64,000 nt of DNA from Neocallimastix sp. 'constans' (lineage: Eukaryota). The position numbers and the translations under genes are program-made. A model generated the notes under the pieces. That model worked only from the letters and a program-made list of their open reading frames with translations, was not told the DNA's origin and ran no database searches. Positions 51,646-64,000 of this stretch are shown piece by piece. The stretch spans positions 124,001 through 188,000 of the forward strand of contig JBODTK010000151.1 in assembly GCA_050613775.1 (NCBI GenBank), written 5' to 3'. Every line of letters begins with the position of its first letter. Position 1 is the first letter of the stretch.

Positions 51646-54600
51646 AGGTTTAAATTTGAAGAAGTCAATATATTATGAAAATGTATTTTCATAAATATAT
51701 ACTAATATAGTCAGAATATGAATTTGGATATATTTTAATATTATATAGTTTATATGGTTTATGAATATAGTTTCAAAATTTTTTTTTTTATAAACTTCTT
51801 TTATATAGTTAATATGAAAACATGTATTTAATCTATTGAAATATGTATGATCATTAAATATATTTTGTATGTAAAATATTATTAAATTATGTATTCTTAA
51901 AAAATAGGCCTTTTGCTTCAAATGAATAAAGTTAGTAAATAAACAAATATTGAGATTTTTATCAGAAATCAATATTCAATATCATAAAATATAAATTAAA
52001 AGAGCTTTTTTTGGAATCAGTTAATTCAAAGATTAGACTATATATAAATTATTTTAAAGGGTTAATGCTTTAGAAAAAGAATAAGCAAATACAAAACGGG
52101 TCATAACTCTATAATGCGGGATAGTGTTTACTTCTAACCAGCTTTTTTAGGAAGCTCTGGATCTAAGCTTCAATTTTATACACTTATGATATCGCTCAAG
52201 CTACTACAAGCCGAGATATTCTGGATTAAAGATATTATTAATAAATAAATTATATAAAAATTCCATTACATAATGTGGCTTATAAATAAAAATTTAGTTT
52301 GTAATTAAACTTCCCTCACTTTTTTTTTATTTAAATAATTGTAAATAAATAAATAAATGAATAAATTAAATATCTTTAAATATTTTATTATTTATTAATT
52401 TAAATATTTTTATTTATTTATCAAAAATAATTTAAGCCACCTATACATCAACGGTTTATTAAAGTAAATACATTTCATATAAGCCGTGTTCCAAAAAACA
52501 CCACATTCAAAAAAATTCCTTGTAATAATTATTAAAAAGTTATATAACTAAAAATTATAATTTATTAATTAATAATATTAATTAATTAATAATAATAGTT
52601 AAATAATTATTAATTATAAATATTTTATTATAATAATTATAAATTAATCTATCCTGATAATTCTAAGAAAGAATTTCTTTCCAATAATTAAATTTATTAT
52701 TATATTAATAATTATGCATCATATATATCATTTAATTATACATACTTAGACATTAGTGATTAATAATTTGTATTATTAATGCAAATTTTGTATTAGTAAT
52801 ATTATAACATGCATGAAAAGCATAAAAAAAAAGATTTTAGATTAGTCTTATCCTTTGTAAGATTTTTAACTTATTTATCATACATTTGTAGAAAAAAACT
52901 ATTATTATAAAATTTATTAATAAAAGATTTATTTTAAGCATAAACTATTTTATTTACTAATGTATATTAACTTTAAACATCTTGACTTGACTAAATTAAT
53001 CCAAAACATTAAACTTTTGACACATATATGTATAATACAATAATATATATATATAATATATGATAATATATATATGTATTATCAAAAATATTTATAGAAA
53101 ATATGAAAGTATTATTATAGATACTGTTCCTTGAATAGATACAAATGGTATAAATCTTTATTTTGAAAAATGGTAAAATATTGAATAGATTTTCATGAAA
53201 TTGAAACATTTTATATTAATGCAAAAGAAGAAGGTATTTATAAAAAAAAGAAAATAATATTGCTTATTTAATAACAAAGTCAATTTAAACATAATAAATA
53301 TAATAATTATTTTTATACTGGTGATTATACTCAAACGCTTAATGAAGTAAGGGGTATAATAGTATTATATACACATAAAAAAAAATATAATACTAATAAA
53401 TATTTAAATATTCAAAAATCGCTACTAAATATGAGAGGTTGCAGAAATTTTCTATATACAATATTGTATAAAGGTAATTATAATCTAGATGATGTTGATA
53501 AATAGAATAATGTAAATGATACTTTTACTAAGGAAGTTATCTCAAAATGTGATTGTAATTATAATAATTTCAATTTTACTATCAAATTTATAAATATTGC
53601 AAGAATGAAATTTGATATAGATAGTTGATCTGTAATAGTTGCTGATATCTTTTATTGTAATATAGAGTAATCTGCTAATTATGTAAACTTTCGATTAACC
53701 TAATACATTGTTAAAATTCTGCTAAAGTCTCTAATAATTGGTTTATTATAAATTATCCTAATCCAGATAGTATACATATAATTTATCAAAGTAATTATCC
53801 TAATAATTCATGTTTCCAAAGAAATAAAGAAGAAGTAAGCAGTAGACAATTAGATCGAATTTTCTTGGACAAATATTAAATACTTTGTCTCACAGGGACC
53901 AATAGAAATTATTTTTGATGCATTTGAATCATAGTTTATAAGAGATGAATATAGTAATAAATTGGTACCATGTATTAATCAAAAATTTGATGAATATGAT
54001 AACGACATAGTGAAAACCGATTATAGATGAGTTAAGAATAAATTAAATCAATGCCAATCTAAACCCAACAGTAAAGGAAAATTTATTTTCTATTAGTTCA
54101 TCCTATAATAATAAGTGCTTGAATTATAGAGATAATGAATTATATATGAAGGAATACAATAAAAAAAAAACAATATATATAATAATTTTACCATCAAGAG
54201 AGGAAAGATATGTGCAAGACTCAATAACACTAAATGTTTAGATGGTGATTATATAAGATAATTTGACAAGTTCAACTAATTTTGTCAAGCGCTGAATTAA
54301 ATATTGACCTAGCCCAAACACTAAGATTGAGTATGTGGATCGAATGAGTAGCTAGGTCCGGAAAAAGGCGAATTATGCATTTTCGGTTTCAAGAATATTA
54401 ATTCGAGACGATAGGTTTCCCTTGTTGTTCTTCTGTATATTTCGAAGTGGTTGTTATTGATGATAATGGAAATAAATGGCAATTGGTGAAGTATCGACAA
54501 GGTAGTATACGATTCTTGGGACCATATCAAGAACAGGGAGAGGTAAAAATATCTTATAACCAATCTACATATAAATGAAACTGCGCTTTTGATAGGTCCA

Positions 54601-55392
54601 TAGTATATATGGACCTATCAAAATATCCAGCTTTTTTTAGATGCCATCTGCAAGTGCTTGCTTGTTATAAATTCCCAAAATGCAAGAAAGACCGAATACA
54701 GCAAAGATTATGAACAAATAAACCACTATATTCATTTCAAGATAGTTGAGACAAGTATATAATAAATAAATACAAAAGTTTAAAACACAAATTTTATGAT
54801 AATAAATAGATTGGATAAATATAATTAATAAATGAAATTACAAGTTCAGGGGGCTTATGTGGTAAATTTGATCTTTTGCAATTATCATTTATTATATTTA
54901 TATATATAAAATATGCCTATTTATTTAACTTAAAAGTATTTATTCTTTAGATTAATGGATAATTACAATATTTATACATATGATATAACTCGGGTTCGTT
55001 TTATCTCTTTTATGGAGAGGTTTTATTAATTATTTAAGTTTTTATAAATATTATTTTATTTATTCATTTATTTATATTTTAAATCTATTTTATTTAATTT
55101 AAAATATTAAAATTTAATTTCATATTATTATACGATCTTTAGTTATTAATATAATAAAATAAATAATGAAGGGTAAAATACGGTGCGAAGAATAAAGAAA
55201 AAGTATTCATTATATAGAATTATAAACTATTTTAAGATAATAAAAATAAGTATTTAATTTAATATTATAAAAAGTATAATATAAATAATAAAAGATTTAT
55301 AATAATTATAATTGTAAATTATAACTATAATATAAAAAAATATAGTAAAAATAAAAATAAAATAATCAAAAAAAAATAAAATTAATTAAATT

Positions 55393-56172
55393 GGGGGAGG
55401 AGCATTTCGAAAAATTTCATTTCGAAAAGTTTCATTTCGGAAAATTTACATAAAAAGTTTCATATCGCAAAATTTTTAATAAATAAATAAATTAATAATA
55501 AAATAAATAAATAATATATATAATTTAAATAAATAAGTAAATAAATAAAAATAAATAAATAAAACTATAATAAATAAATAAATTTAAAATTAAATTTTTT
55601 AAAAAAAAGAAAAATATTTATATACATATATATATTAAATATACAATATATAATAATAAATATTCATTAGAATTAACCCTTTTAAAAAAATAAAATATTT
55701 TATCATTTGTTTTAAACGTTTTATATAAGAATTTTATATATATAAAAAAAATAAGTATTAATAATTTAAAATATAATTGTTAAATTTAAAATATAATTAT
55801 TAAAAAAAATATTAAAAAATAATATTTAAATAATTAATTGATCATTTAACACCTTTTAAGTCCTTGCGCAGTATTTTAAAAATCTTAAATTACTAATAAA
55901 TTTTTTTAATAAAAGAAATATTTATAAATAATTCAATAAAAAAAAAAAAAAAAAGATCATAAAAAAGGGAGTTAAAAGTAGCACAAAGTTAGGATGATTT
56001 TAGATGGTATCTATTTTTTTTATTTTATATTTTATATTTTATATTTTATATTTTTATTTTTTTATATTTTTTTTATTTTTTTATTTTTATTTTTTATTTT
56101 TTTATATTTTTATTTTTTATTTTATATTTTTTTTTATTTTATATTTTTTATTTTATATTTTATATTTTATAA

Positions 56173-56203
<31 letters not shown>

Positions 56204-56286
56204 TTTTATTATTTATTTATCTATTTATTAAAATTTTACGAAATGAAACTTTTCCGAAATGAACTTTTGCGAAATGACACACACTC
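55393..56286. mobile_element. Non-autonomous TIR DNA transposon (Mutator- or hAT-like), 894 bp
   Basis: Left end GGGGGAGGAGCATTTCGAAAAATTTCATTTCGAAAAGTTTCATTTCGG is the imperfect inverse of the right end ...CGAAATGAAACTTTTCCGAAATGAACTTTTGCGAAATGACACACACTC. ATTAAATT lies on both flanks (55385-55392, 56287-56294). Confidence 0.8.
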
Positions 56287-56929
56287 ATTAAATTTATAAA
56301 TTATTTATATATTTACAAAACATAAAATTTATGTTATAAATTTATATTTACATTAATTTTATGTATTTGTATAGAATTTATGATATTGTATAAATTTATT
56401 TTATATCACGTTACATTAAATTAAATCGATGATAATTAATCAATCGATTAATTAATGATTTATTAAAGTTTTATTTTCATTTTATATCACATATTTCTTT
56501 AGATTAATGGATAATTACAATATTTATACATAATATATAATTATGTAATATATAATATATTTATGTAATCTTTCATGCAATAATAATAAAATAAAGATTG
56601 ATACTTAATTAAAATTGGTATTTTCCTTCAAAATATATATAAATATTAACAATAATAATAATATATATAAATATTAAAAATAATAATAATATATATATAG
56701 AAAGGAAAATGATAATAATATATATAAAGGATAATAATAATATATATATAAAGGATAATAATATATATATATAAAGGATAATAATATATATATATATAAA
56801 GGATAATAGCAATAATATATTATTAATTTTTTTTTTTTTTCTTTTCATATTCATTTAATTGAAAATAGATGAAACAAATTTTTTTTTTTTTTTTTTTTTT
56901 GGATAGTTTCCAAAATTTTGATTAATAAT

Positions 56930-59900
56930 ATATTTGTTTATTGCTTTATATCAATAATGCTTTTATTTTTTTTTGATATACCAAATACACTTTTTTATTT
57001 CTGTCTTGTGAGAAGAAGACTTTTATGTTCTTATCAATAGTATTTCATTATTTAATTTTATTAATTCTAATACAAGGATAAAATAGAATAAAATATTTGT
57101 TAATAATTTATATACTAATAAAGAATTATAAATTTAATAAAAATATTTAAAAATACAATTAAAAAATAATAGTATTTATAATAAAATAATATATATATAA
57201 ATCTCTTTAAAAATAATGAAATAATTGAATAATAAAAATTTATTATTTTACATAGTTTTATGTTGTTATAAAAATATATTATGACTTATAATTATGAAAA
57301 TGAATTATTTACTAATAAAGTTTATTTATTATAAAACTATAAAAAGTCCACTTTTTATCCGTGTTATACGAATTAGGTTATATTAATAATATATTAAATA
57401 TCTATTATTTATTATTATAATAATAATATAAGAATATAGAATAAAATTTTGATTTATAATTATAAAGATTTAATTTTAATTACTTGTACCACGATTGATT
57501 ATAATTTAATAAATCATAAATATTAATATATTTATATGTCAATAATAAATTTTTATTTTAAAATATATTATATATTATTTTTTAAATATATATATATATA
57601 TAAAATTTATATTATAGAAATATATTCGAATATATTTCCCAAATAGAACTTTTTTTTTTTTTTTATGTTACTCTTTATACTAAAATAAATATAAAAAACA
57701 AAAAACAAAAAAATATATAAGGAAAAAAAATATATAATTTTTTTTTTTAAATTTATTTTAGTATAAATAGTAAAATAAAATAAAATAAAAAAAAAATAAA
57801 ATAAAAAAAAAATAAAATAAAAAAAAAAAAAAAATTAAAAAAATATATAAGAAAAAAAAGTTATGTTAATATTATTTTAAGATATCATATAAAAAAAATT
57901 TACAATGAATATTATTACATTATTTTTATTATCACTTAATTGTTTATTTGCATCAGCCTTTACAAATTTAGCAAGAAATGGAACAGCTACAGCTTCAAGT
58001 ATTGAACCTGGAAGCAATTATATTGCTAATAATGCAATTGATGGTGATAAAACGACGAGATGGGCAAGTAAAGAAAATAGTCCTGAATGGATAGTAGTGG
58101 ATCTTGGAAGTAAAATGAAAATAAATAAAGTTGATATTTTGTGGGAAAAAGCTTTTGCAAAAGAATTTGAAATTCAAATCTCTTCAGATGGTAAAAATTA
58201 TGAAAAAGTATTAAGCTATATAAGTTCAAAAGATGTGATATTAAAGGAAGATCTTGATAATGAAGAAGATAATATAAATACTCAACATGAGTTTGACCCA
58301 AAAGAAGCTAGATATGTTAGAATTTATTGTACTAAGAAAGGAACATTATTCGGATATTCAATATACGAATTGGAGATATATAATACAAGCAAGGAGAAAA
58401 CCGAAAGTAAAGAAAAAAGTAAAAGTGATGATGATAATGATAAGGTAATAAAGTATGGTATCATAGGAGGTGTGGCACTTCTCTGTTTAATATTATTAGC
58501 TCTTATATTTAAGAGAAAAGGTAAAAGGGACAGAAGTAATGAGTCTATTGTTAGTACAGCTTCTCTCGATGACGATAATGAACAACAAAATATAGTAGAT
58601 GATCAAAATCAAAGTCAAAATCAGAATCGGGGTCTAGCTCAAAATCTTTATCAAACTCAAACTCAAAATCAAAATCAAAACGACGTCATAAATTCTACTA
58701 ACATGAATGCTTTTAGTAATATCCCAACCTATAATTATCAAGATCCTATGGCTTATATGCAAAATAGTAATATGAATCCTATTGATGGAAATTATTATAA
58801 TAATAATAATGTTAACAATATTAATAATATTCAAAATGGTATCAATTCTTCTCAAAACAACTATCAAGAATCCTTAGCTAACTCACAAAATTATTATAAT
58901 ATGTCTCAAAATTTAAATGTGCCTCAAAATAATTATAATGGATGTTACGTACCTCAAAATGGCAATATCCAGACAAATGTGAATATGACTCAATCAATGT
59001 CTCCTATAAGTAACAATCAGTACAATATTCAAAATTCAAATGGTAATATCCCAATGAATGTTAGTACGAACCAATTATTGCCTCCTATTTTAAGTCAAAA
59101 TCAATACAATAATCAAAATCCAAATGAAGTTAATAATAATAGACCATTAAGTAATGCTTCTACAAATAATGAAAATTTAAATAATGGAAATTCTACTAAT
59201 AGCAATGTAGGAGCAAGCGGTCATAGTGAAAGAGGATTCAATAAAGCAATGGAAGCTGAACTTGATAGAGCTCGTAATCATGACAATGATGATAAACCTC
59301 CAGAATATTCCGTAAATTAAGTATAAAACAAGGAAACAAACAAACAAAAGAAAAAAAATAAAAAAAAAATTAATAAAATAAAATGAAAAAGTTAAACTTT
59401 TTTATTTTATTTTATTTTATTAATTTATTATTATTTTTTTTAATTAAAGTTTCAATAATATATATATAGATTTTTGTTTGTTTGATCATAAATAAAAAAA
59501 TAATATCATATTTTTGATATGATAAATGAAGCATTAATAATAATATTTTTGAATTTTATAAATAATAACAACAACAATAATAATAATTTTTTTTCTTATA
59601 TATTGTTGATTAAATAAAATTTATAACTTAAATTTAAAACTTTTTTTTTTTGAAAATCCTATTACGAATAAATCAATTTTATTATAAATTGATTTATACA
59701 TAAGAATAGGTTTTTTTTTTTTTTTATTTAAATATTTTTTTTCTTTTTTTTAATATTATAATATTTTAAAGAAAGAATAATAAAAATATAAAATTTAAAA
59801 ATTTAGGTTAAAAATTTTATCATTAATCATTATTGATAAAATAATAGTTAATCCATAATGTAAAATTAGAAAGTTTTTTTATTAAAATAATGAAATTAAA

Positions 59901-60360
59901 TATAAATATAAATATAAATATAAATATAAATATTATAAATATTATAAATATTATAAATATTATAAATAATAATAATAATAATAATAATAGTAATAATTGA
60001 AAGATAAAAATAAAAGCAAAAAAATATAATAAATAAATATATATAGCTAAATAAATAGCTATATATATAATATCAATAATAATAAAAAATATATATATAA
60101 AATAAGTAATAATAATTAATAATATATATTAATCCATTATAGAATAATAATATGTAGATGTAGATTATCTATTCTATTAGTCATTAAAAAAAAATATTAA
60201 TAAAGGAATAGATTTAACAAATATTGAATTTAAAATTTGAACAATTATTTTATATTTATTTATTTTATAATATTATAAAATAAATAAAAAAATAAAATGT
60301 TTATTTCTTTTAAATTAAATGGAACACTAAAAATAATGTCTTCCATTATTTATATAATTA
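56930..60360. repeat. Inverted segmental duplicate of about 8800-13350
   Basis: Gene and flanks match in reverse complement, e.g. CTGTCTTGTGAGAAGAAGACTTTTATG (about 57001) with 13225-13251, and GTAGATGTAGATTATCTATT (about 60154) with 9070-9090. Confidence 0.9.
57905..59320 (+). CDS. F5/8 type C (CBM32/discoidin) domain type I membrane protein, paralog 2
   Basis: 471 aa. First 23 aa identical to paralog 1, then an F5/8C domain, TM GIIGGVALLCLILLALIF followed by KRKGKR, an N/Q/Y-rich tail and C-terminal PPEY. Confidence 0.92.
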   Translation: MNIITLFLLSLNCLFASAFTNLARNGTATASSIEPGSNYIANNAIDGDKTTRWASKENSPEWIVVDLGSKMKINKVDILWEKAFAKEFEIQISSDGKNYEKVLSYISSKDVILKEDLDNEEDNINTQHEFDPKEARYVRIYCTKKGTLFGYSIYELEIYNTSKEKTESKEKSKSDDDNDKVIKYGIIGGVALLCLILLALIFKRKGKRDRSNESIVSTASLDDDNEQQNIVDDQNQSQNQNRGLAQNLYQTQTQNQNQNDVINSTNMNAFSNIPTYNYQDPMAYMQNSNMNPIDGNYYNNNNVNNINNIQNGINSSQNNYQESLANSQNYYNMSQNLNVPQNNYNGCYVPQNGNIQTNVNMTQSMSPISNNQYNIQNSNGNIPMNVSTNQLLPPILSQNQYNNQNPNEVNNNRPLSNASTNNENLNNGNSTNSNVGASGHSERGFNKAMEAELDRARNHDNDDKPPEYSVN

Positions 60361-60365
60361 AAAAA

Positions 60366-60396
<31 letters not shown>

Positions 60397-60429
60397 ATTT
60401 ATTTTAAAAGTAAATTAGCATAATATTCA

Positions 60430-60740
60430 AATTTTGCATATTGTTAGTAATAGTATTAGTGGTAGTGAAAATAGGAATAGTAATATTAGAGATAGTGAAA
60501 ATAATAGGATTGTTTCAAATAATGCAGTGAATAGGACAATTGGTGAAAATCGTGTTAATATTAGTAATTTTCTGAATAATGAATGTGTAAATATATATGT
60601 GACGTTGTACCTATAATATATAACTTCCTTCTTGATGGAAGAGATGTAGACATTCTAACTAGGACTGTCAATGCTAAAAAACAGACAGGACAGACTAACA
60701 GGGTCAGTGCTTCTGAAGGAGAAGACCATAAAAAAATACA
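60430..60740 (+). mobile_element. Truncated copy of the LINE 3' end found at 63250-63660
   Basis: Shares TTTTCTGAATAATGA, TATATAACTTCCTTCTTG.TGGAAGAGAT and CTGAAGGAGAAGACCATA, with an internal deletion and a short A run. Confidence 0.7.
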
Positions 60741-61043
60741 TATTATCATTGAAATGAACCGATTGTATTTTTTATTTTAGTATTATTTTGTATATGTATT
60801 CTCTGTAGTATTATTTAAACTTATGTAGCTATTGTAAAATGGAAATATAGGAGATTGATTCATTCTAAAGCTTGTGCTTAAGTCTTTACTTAATGGATGG
60901 GAATCTTTTTATCATTTTTCACTACTAACATTTTATTTTCCTTTTCATTTTAGTTAATATATAATTATTTTACTGAAAATTATTACATTATTCAGAGTTT
61001 CATATATTGAATAGAAAAACATTAATTCATTAATTCAAAAGAT

Positions 61044-61075
<32 letters not shown>

Positions 61076-62504
61076 AAAAAATTATTCATTATATCAAAAC
61101 ATACAAGCAGTTTATTTTACTTTAATAATTATCAAATATAGGAAAAAGAAAAAACGCCATATTATTTTTATTTTTATTTTTTTTTTAATTTATATATATA
61201 TATGTATATGTTTTTTTTTTATATTTTATATTATACATTTATATTTCTTAGTTTTTAATATTTTATTTTTTATTATTTTATATTAGTTTCATTTTAACCA
61301 ATTTGTAATTTGTTGTTCATTATGGATAATATATTTCACAGTGGGAGGTTTTCGCTGTTATGGAACATTTATGGACAACTTCAAGTTGATTTTTATCCGT
61401 GGTATACACTCATAAACTAATGTTAAAATGAAGGAATTTATTCATTATGAATTCAAAAAAATTCAAGAATAATATTTTGTAAGTGAAACGAATTATTAAT
61501 TTCAATGATAGTTTCTTTAGGATTAAGGTATATACTCCAAATTTCAACCACCTAAAATTTGTAAATATATTTGAAAATGCAATATCAGGAGTTAAAGTTT
61601 CGTATTGTAGATGTTTCAAATGGAACCATAAGGTTTCTTTTCAGCATTTTAAAACAAAATTTAATATCTAATAGCATACCCAATAATACAAACTCAGCAT
61701 ATCTCTAATTCAACTAATTTAGTAAATGTTATAAATGACAATCAGGAACTCAATGTTCTCAATATACTTAATCTTAATTCTCAAAATCCAATTTCACATT
61801 CAAGCACAGAAGAGTTTTCTTTTTGGCCTAGTTGGAATACCAGTGGATGGGAATTTTGTGAAAAGAGATAGTATTGAGTACTTCAAAACAATTTTTAAAC
61901 CATTATTCCTATGTTTTCACAAAACAGGTAACGATATCAATGACGCTAGATATCCATGTAAAGTAACACTTATACTTATCTTCTTAGGCTTGATGGACAA
62001 TAATCAGAATTATTTAGTATTAAGAAAGGAGTTCGTCAAGGTTGTTTCCTCTGACTAATTTTATTTAACTTGTTCATTAATGACATTCTTAATAAATGTG
62101 ATTAATTTGGAATCTCTATTAGTGATAAATGCTGTTGTGGAGGTCTCTTTTTAGATAACATTGTGTTATGTACTTCAACAAGATCTCAACTTAAGAGATT
62201 GTTAAAATTAGCCGGTAAGTGGGCTAGGTATAATGAAATGCAATATTATTTAATGTGCAAGTTTAGTAGTACGAGGGGAAATATCAAAATTTCTTAATAA
62301 TAATAACCCTACCTTTTATCTTTTGGGACAAGAACTACCTAAAAGAAATTCTTAAGAATCCTCATATTCCTATCCCTTATATACGAATGTTATTTTCAGA
62401 TATTATAATTGAATAAGATTCGTATTATGCACCTTATCTTAGATCACACAAAAAAAGAACGAGAAGTACACAGACACTAATTAATACAAGATTATACTGG
62501 ATTG

Positions 62505-62544
<40 letters not shown>

Positions 62545-62549
62545 CAATG

Positions 62550-63730
62550 GGAATAGCTTTACATCCTATTATTTGGTTTATAAGGAACTTAACATTCTTC
62601 CTCTTTCAGCAAAAATGTGCGATTGCTCAGGTAAGATGTTTTGAAAAATGGAAAAACTCGAAATGTATTATCTCTGTTTTACTACGAAATATATCACGTT
62701 GTATACATCATACATAGGATAAAGAAAGTAAGATTTTAGTAGACTAATTAGATAAATTTCCATCAAAAAAAGCAATTGTAACTTTTACTGGGATAGAGAT
62801 ATGACCGGATAATCAATTAAGACTAAAGATTATAAGAAAAATAAATTTGAAAAAAACCAGAGAGTACCTAAAGCTCAACTATAAGTATCCTGAATATAGC
62901 ATTGGTTTCGGATGGGTACTCCATGCCAGATGTGGATATAAATTCGATGTTCCTGTTGCCAAAGCTGCCAAAATGATTGAAGACGACTATTCAGAATGTG
63001 TCCTTGTAGTTATAGGAAAAATACTAATCCTTGGTTGGAACATTGGTTTTCTAAGTGGTATCATTTCTGTGAATTTCGGATGAAACATGTTATGAATATT
63101 GAAAGACTTTATGAAAAATTTTTTATAATTTCTAAAAATTGTCCAATATCAATCAGTAATGTAACCACTTGTTACAGATATAAATAATGTAAAATCAAAT
63201 ACTGATTCTGATAATAGTAACGAAGAGTATAATATTAATAATAATTAAAATAGAAATAATATTATTAATAAAAGAAATATTAGTAATAATGAAAATAGGA
63301 ATATTAATATTAGTGATAGTGAAAATAATAGTATCATTACTAATAATGTAATGAATAGGTCAAATGATGATAATTGTGTTAATAATAATAATTTTCTGAA
63401 TAATGAGTGTATAAATATATATATGACGTGGTACCAATTATATAACTTCCTTCTTGGTGGAAGAGATACATACATTATTGATTTAAATTATAAAAGGAAT
63501 GGGATGATTTGTTAAAGAACCAAATCATTTCTTGGTGTGATCTGAGGCTCTCTTTACGGAAATAATACCTATAAGCACAAACTAACCATGAGCGTCAACG
63601 CTGAAAATGCAGGTAGGACAGGCTAACAGTGCCAATGCCTCTGAAGGAGAAGACCATAATTTCTTTTAGATGGTCAATTCAAATCCTAATCTAGAATAAG
63701 AATCCCTTATTAACATAAATCTTATAACCT
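62550..63730 (+). mobile_element. Degenerate non-LTR retrotransposon (LINE) ORF2 C-terminus and 3' end
   Basis: Joined frames give GWVLHARCGYKFD...DDYSE-CPCSYRKNTNPWLEHWFSKW..F..FRMK, resembling the C-terminal CCHC-type region of LINE ORF2. A second copy of the tail lies at 60430-60740. Confidence 0.55.
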
Positions 63731-64000
63731 TGGAGGTGAGGTTCGTTGCCTATGAAATTTTTTTTGAATTTATTTATATAATTTATTTAGAATATTATTT
63801 TTTATTTAAATAAATATAGTTTAAAGTTCCCAGTAATTGCAGTTGAAAAAAAAAAAAATTATTTATTTATAAAAATTATAAAATAAATAAAAAATAAAAT
63901 ATCCATTTCATTTAAATTAAATTGAATATTAAAAGTAATATCATCTATTGTTTATATAATTAAAAATGAATAAATAAAAATAAATAATTAATAATTAATA

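Noticed and set aside
55994..56299. F/I/Y/L-rich ORFs here and at 1675, 5075, 9538, 16006 and 24898
   Set aside because: They are low-complexity T-rich DNA that mimics hydrophobic peptides, with no coding signal.
54940..56540. Direct repeat of about 45 bp (TTTAGATTAATGGATAATTACAATATTTATACATA) at about 54945 and 56500 as an LTR pair
   Set aside because: It is too short and has no TG...CA ends, PBS, PPT or internal coding sequence.
61320..62450. Possible gag-protease remnant on the minus strand
   Set aside because: The tract is GC-richer and coding-like, but I could not recover a convincing motif, so it is left unannotated.

Overview
Extremely AT-rich eukaryotic DNA with GT-AG introns, long homopolymers and (ATT)n tracts. 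A division-2 chitin synthase, CBM32-type proteins and ankyrin debris point to an early-diverging fungus, most plausibly an anaerobic gut fungus (Neocallimastigomycota); this taxon is inferred. Genes: a same-strand cluster of intronless single-pass membrane proteins in the first 28 kb (four intact-looking, one decayed); two F5/8-type C (CBM32/discoidin) receptor-like paralogs in an inverted segmental duplication; a 5-exon PAAT/C10orf88-like gene; and a 2-exon class IV-like chitin synthase. Mobile DNA: one intact, apparently very young Ty1/copia element, four copies of a tRNA-headed SINE, LINE 3' ends, chromovirus and copia remnants, and a TIR element with an 8-bp TSD. There is also a 2.5-kb minisatellite. 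The most unusual signal is the copia element: it has TG...TA rather than TG...CA ends, and its primer-binding site matches the anticodon arm of tRNA-Lys(CUU), suggesting half-tRNA priming. All alignments were done by eye and coordinates of degenerate elements are approximate.
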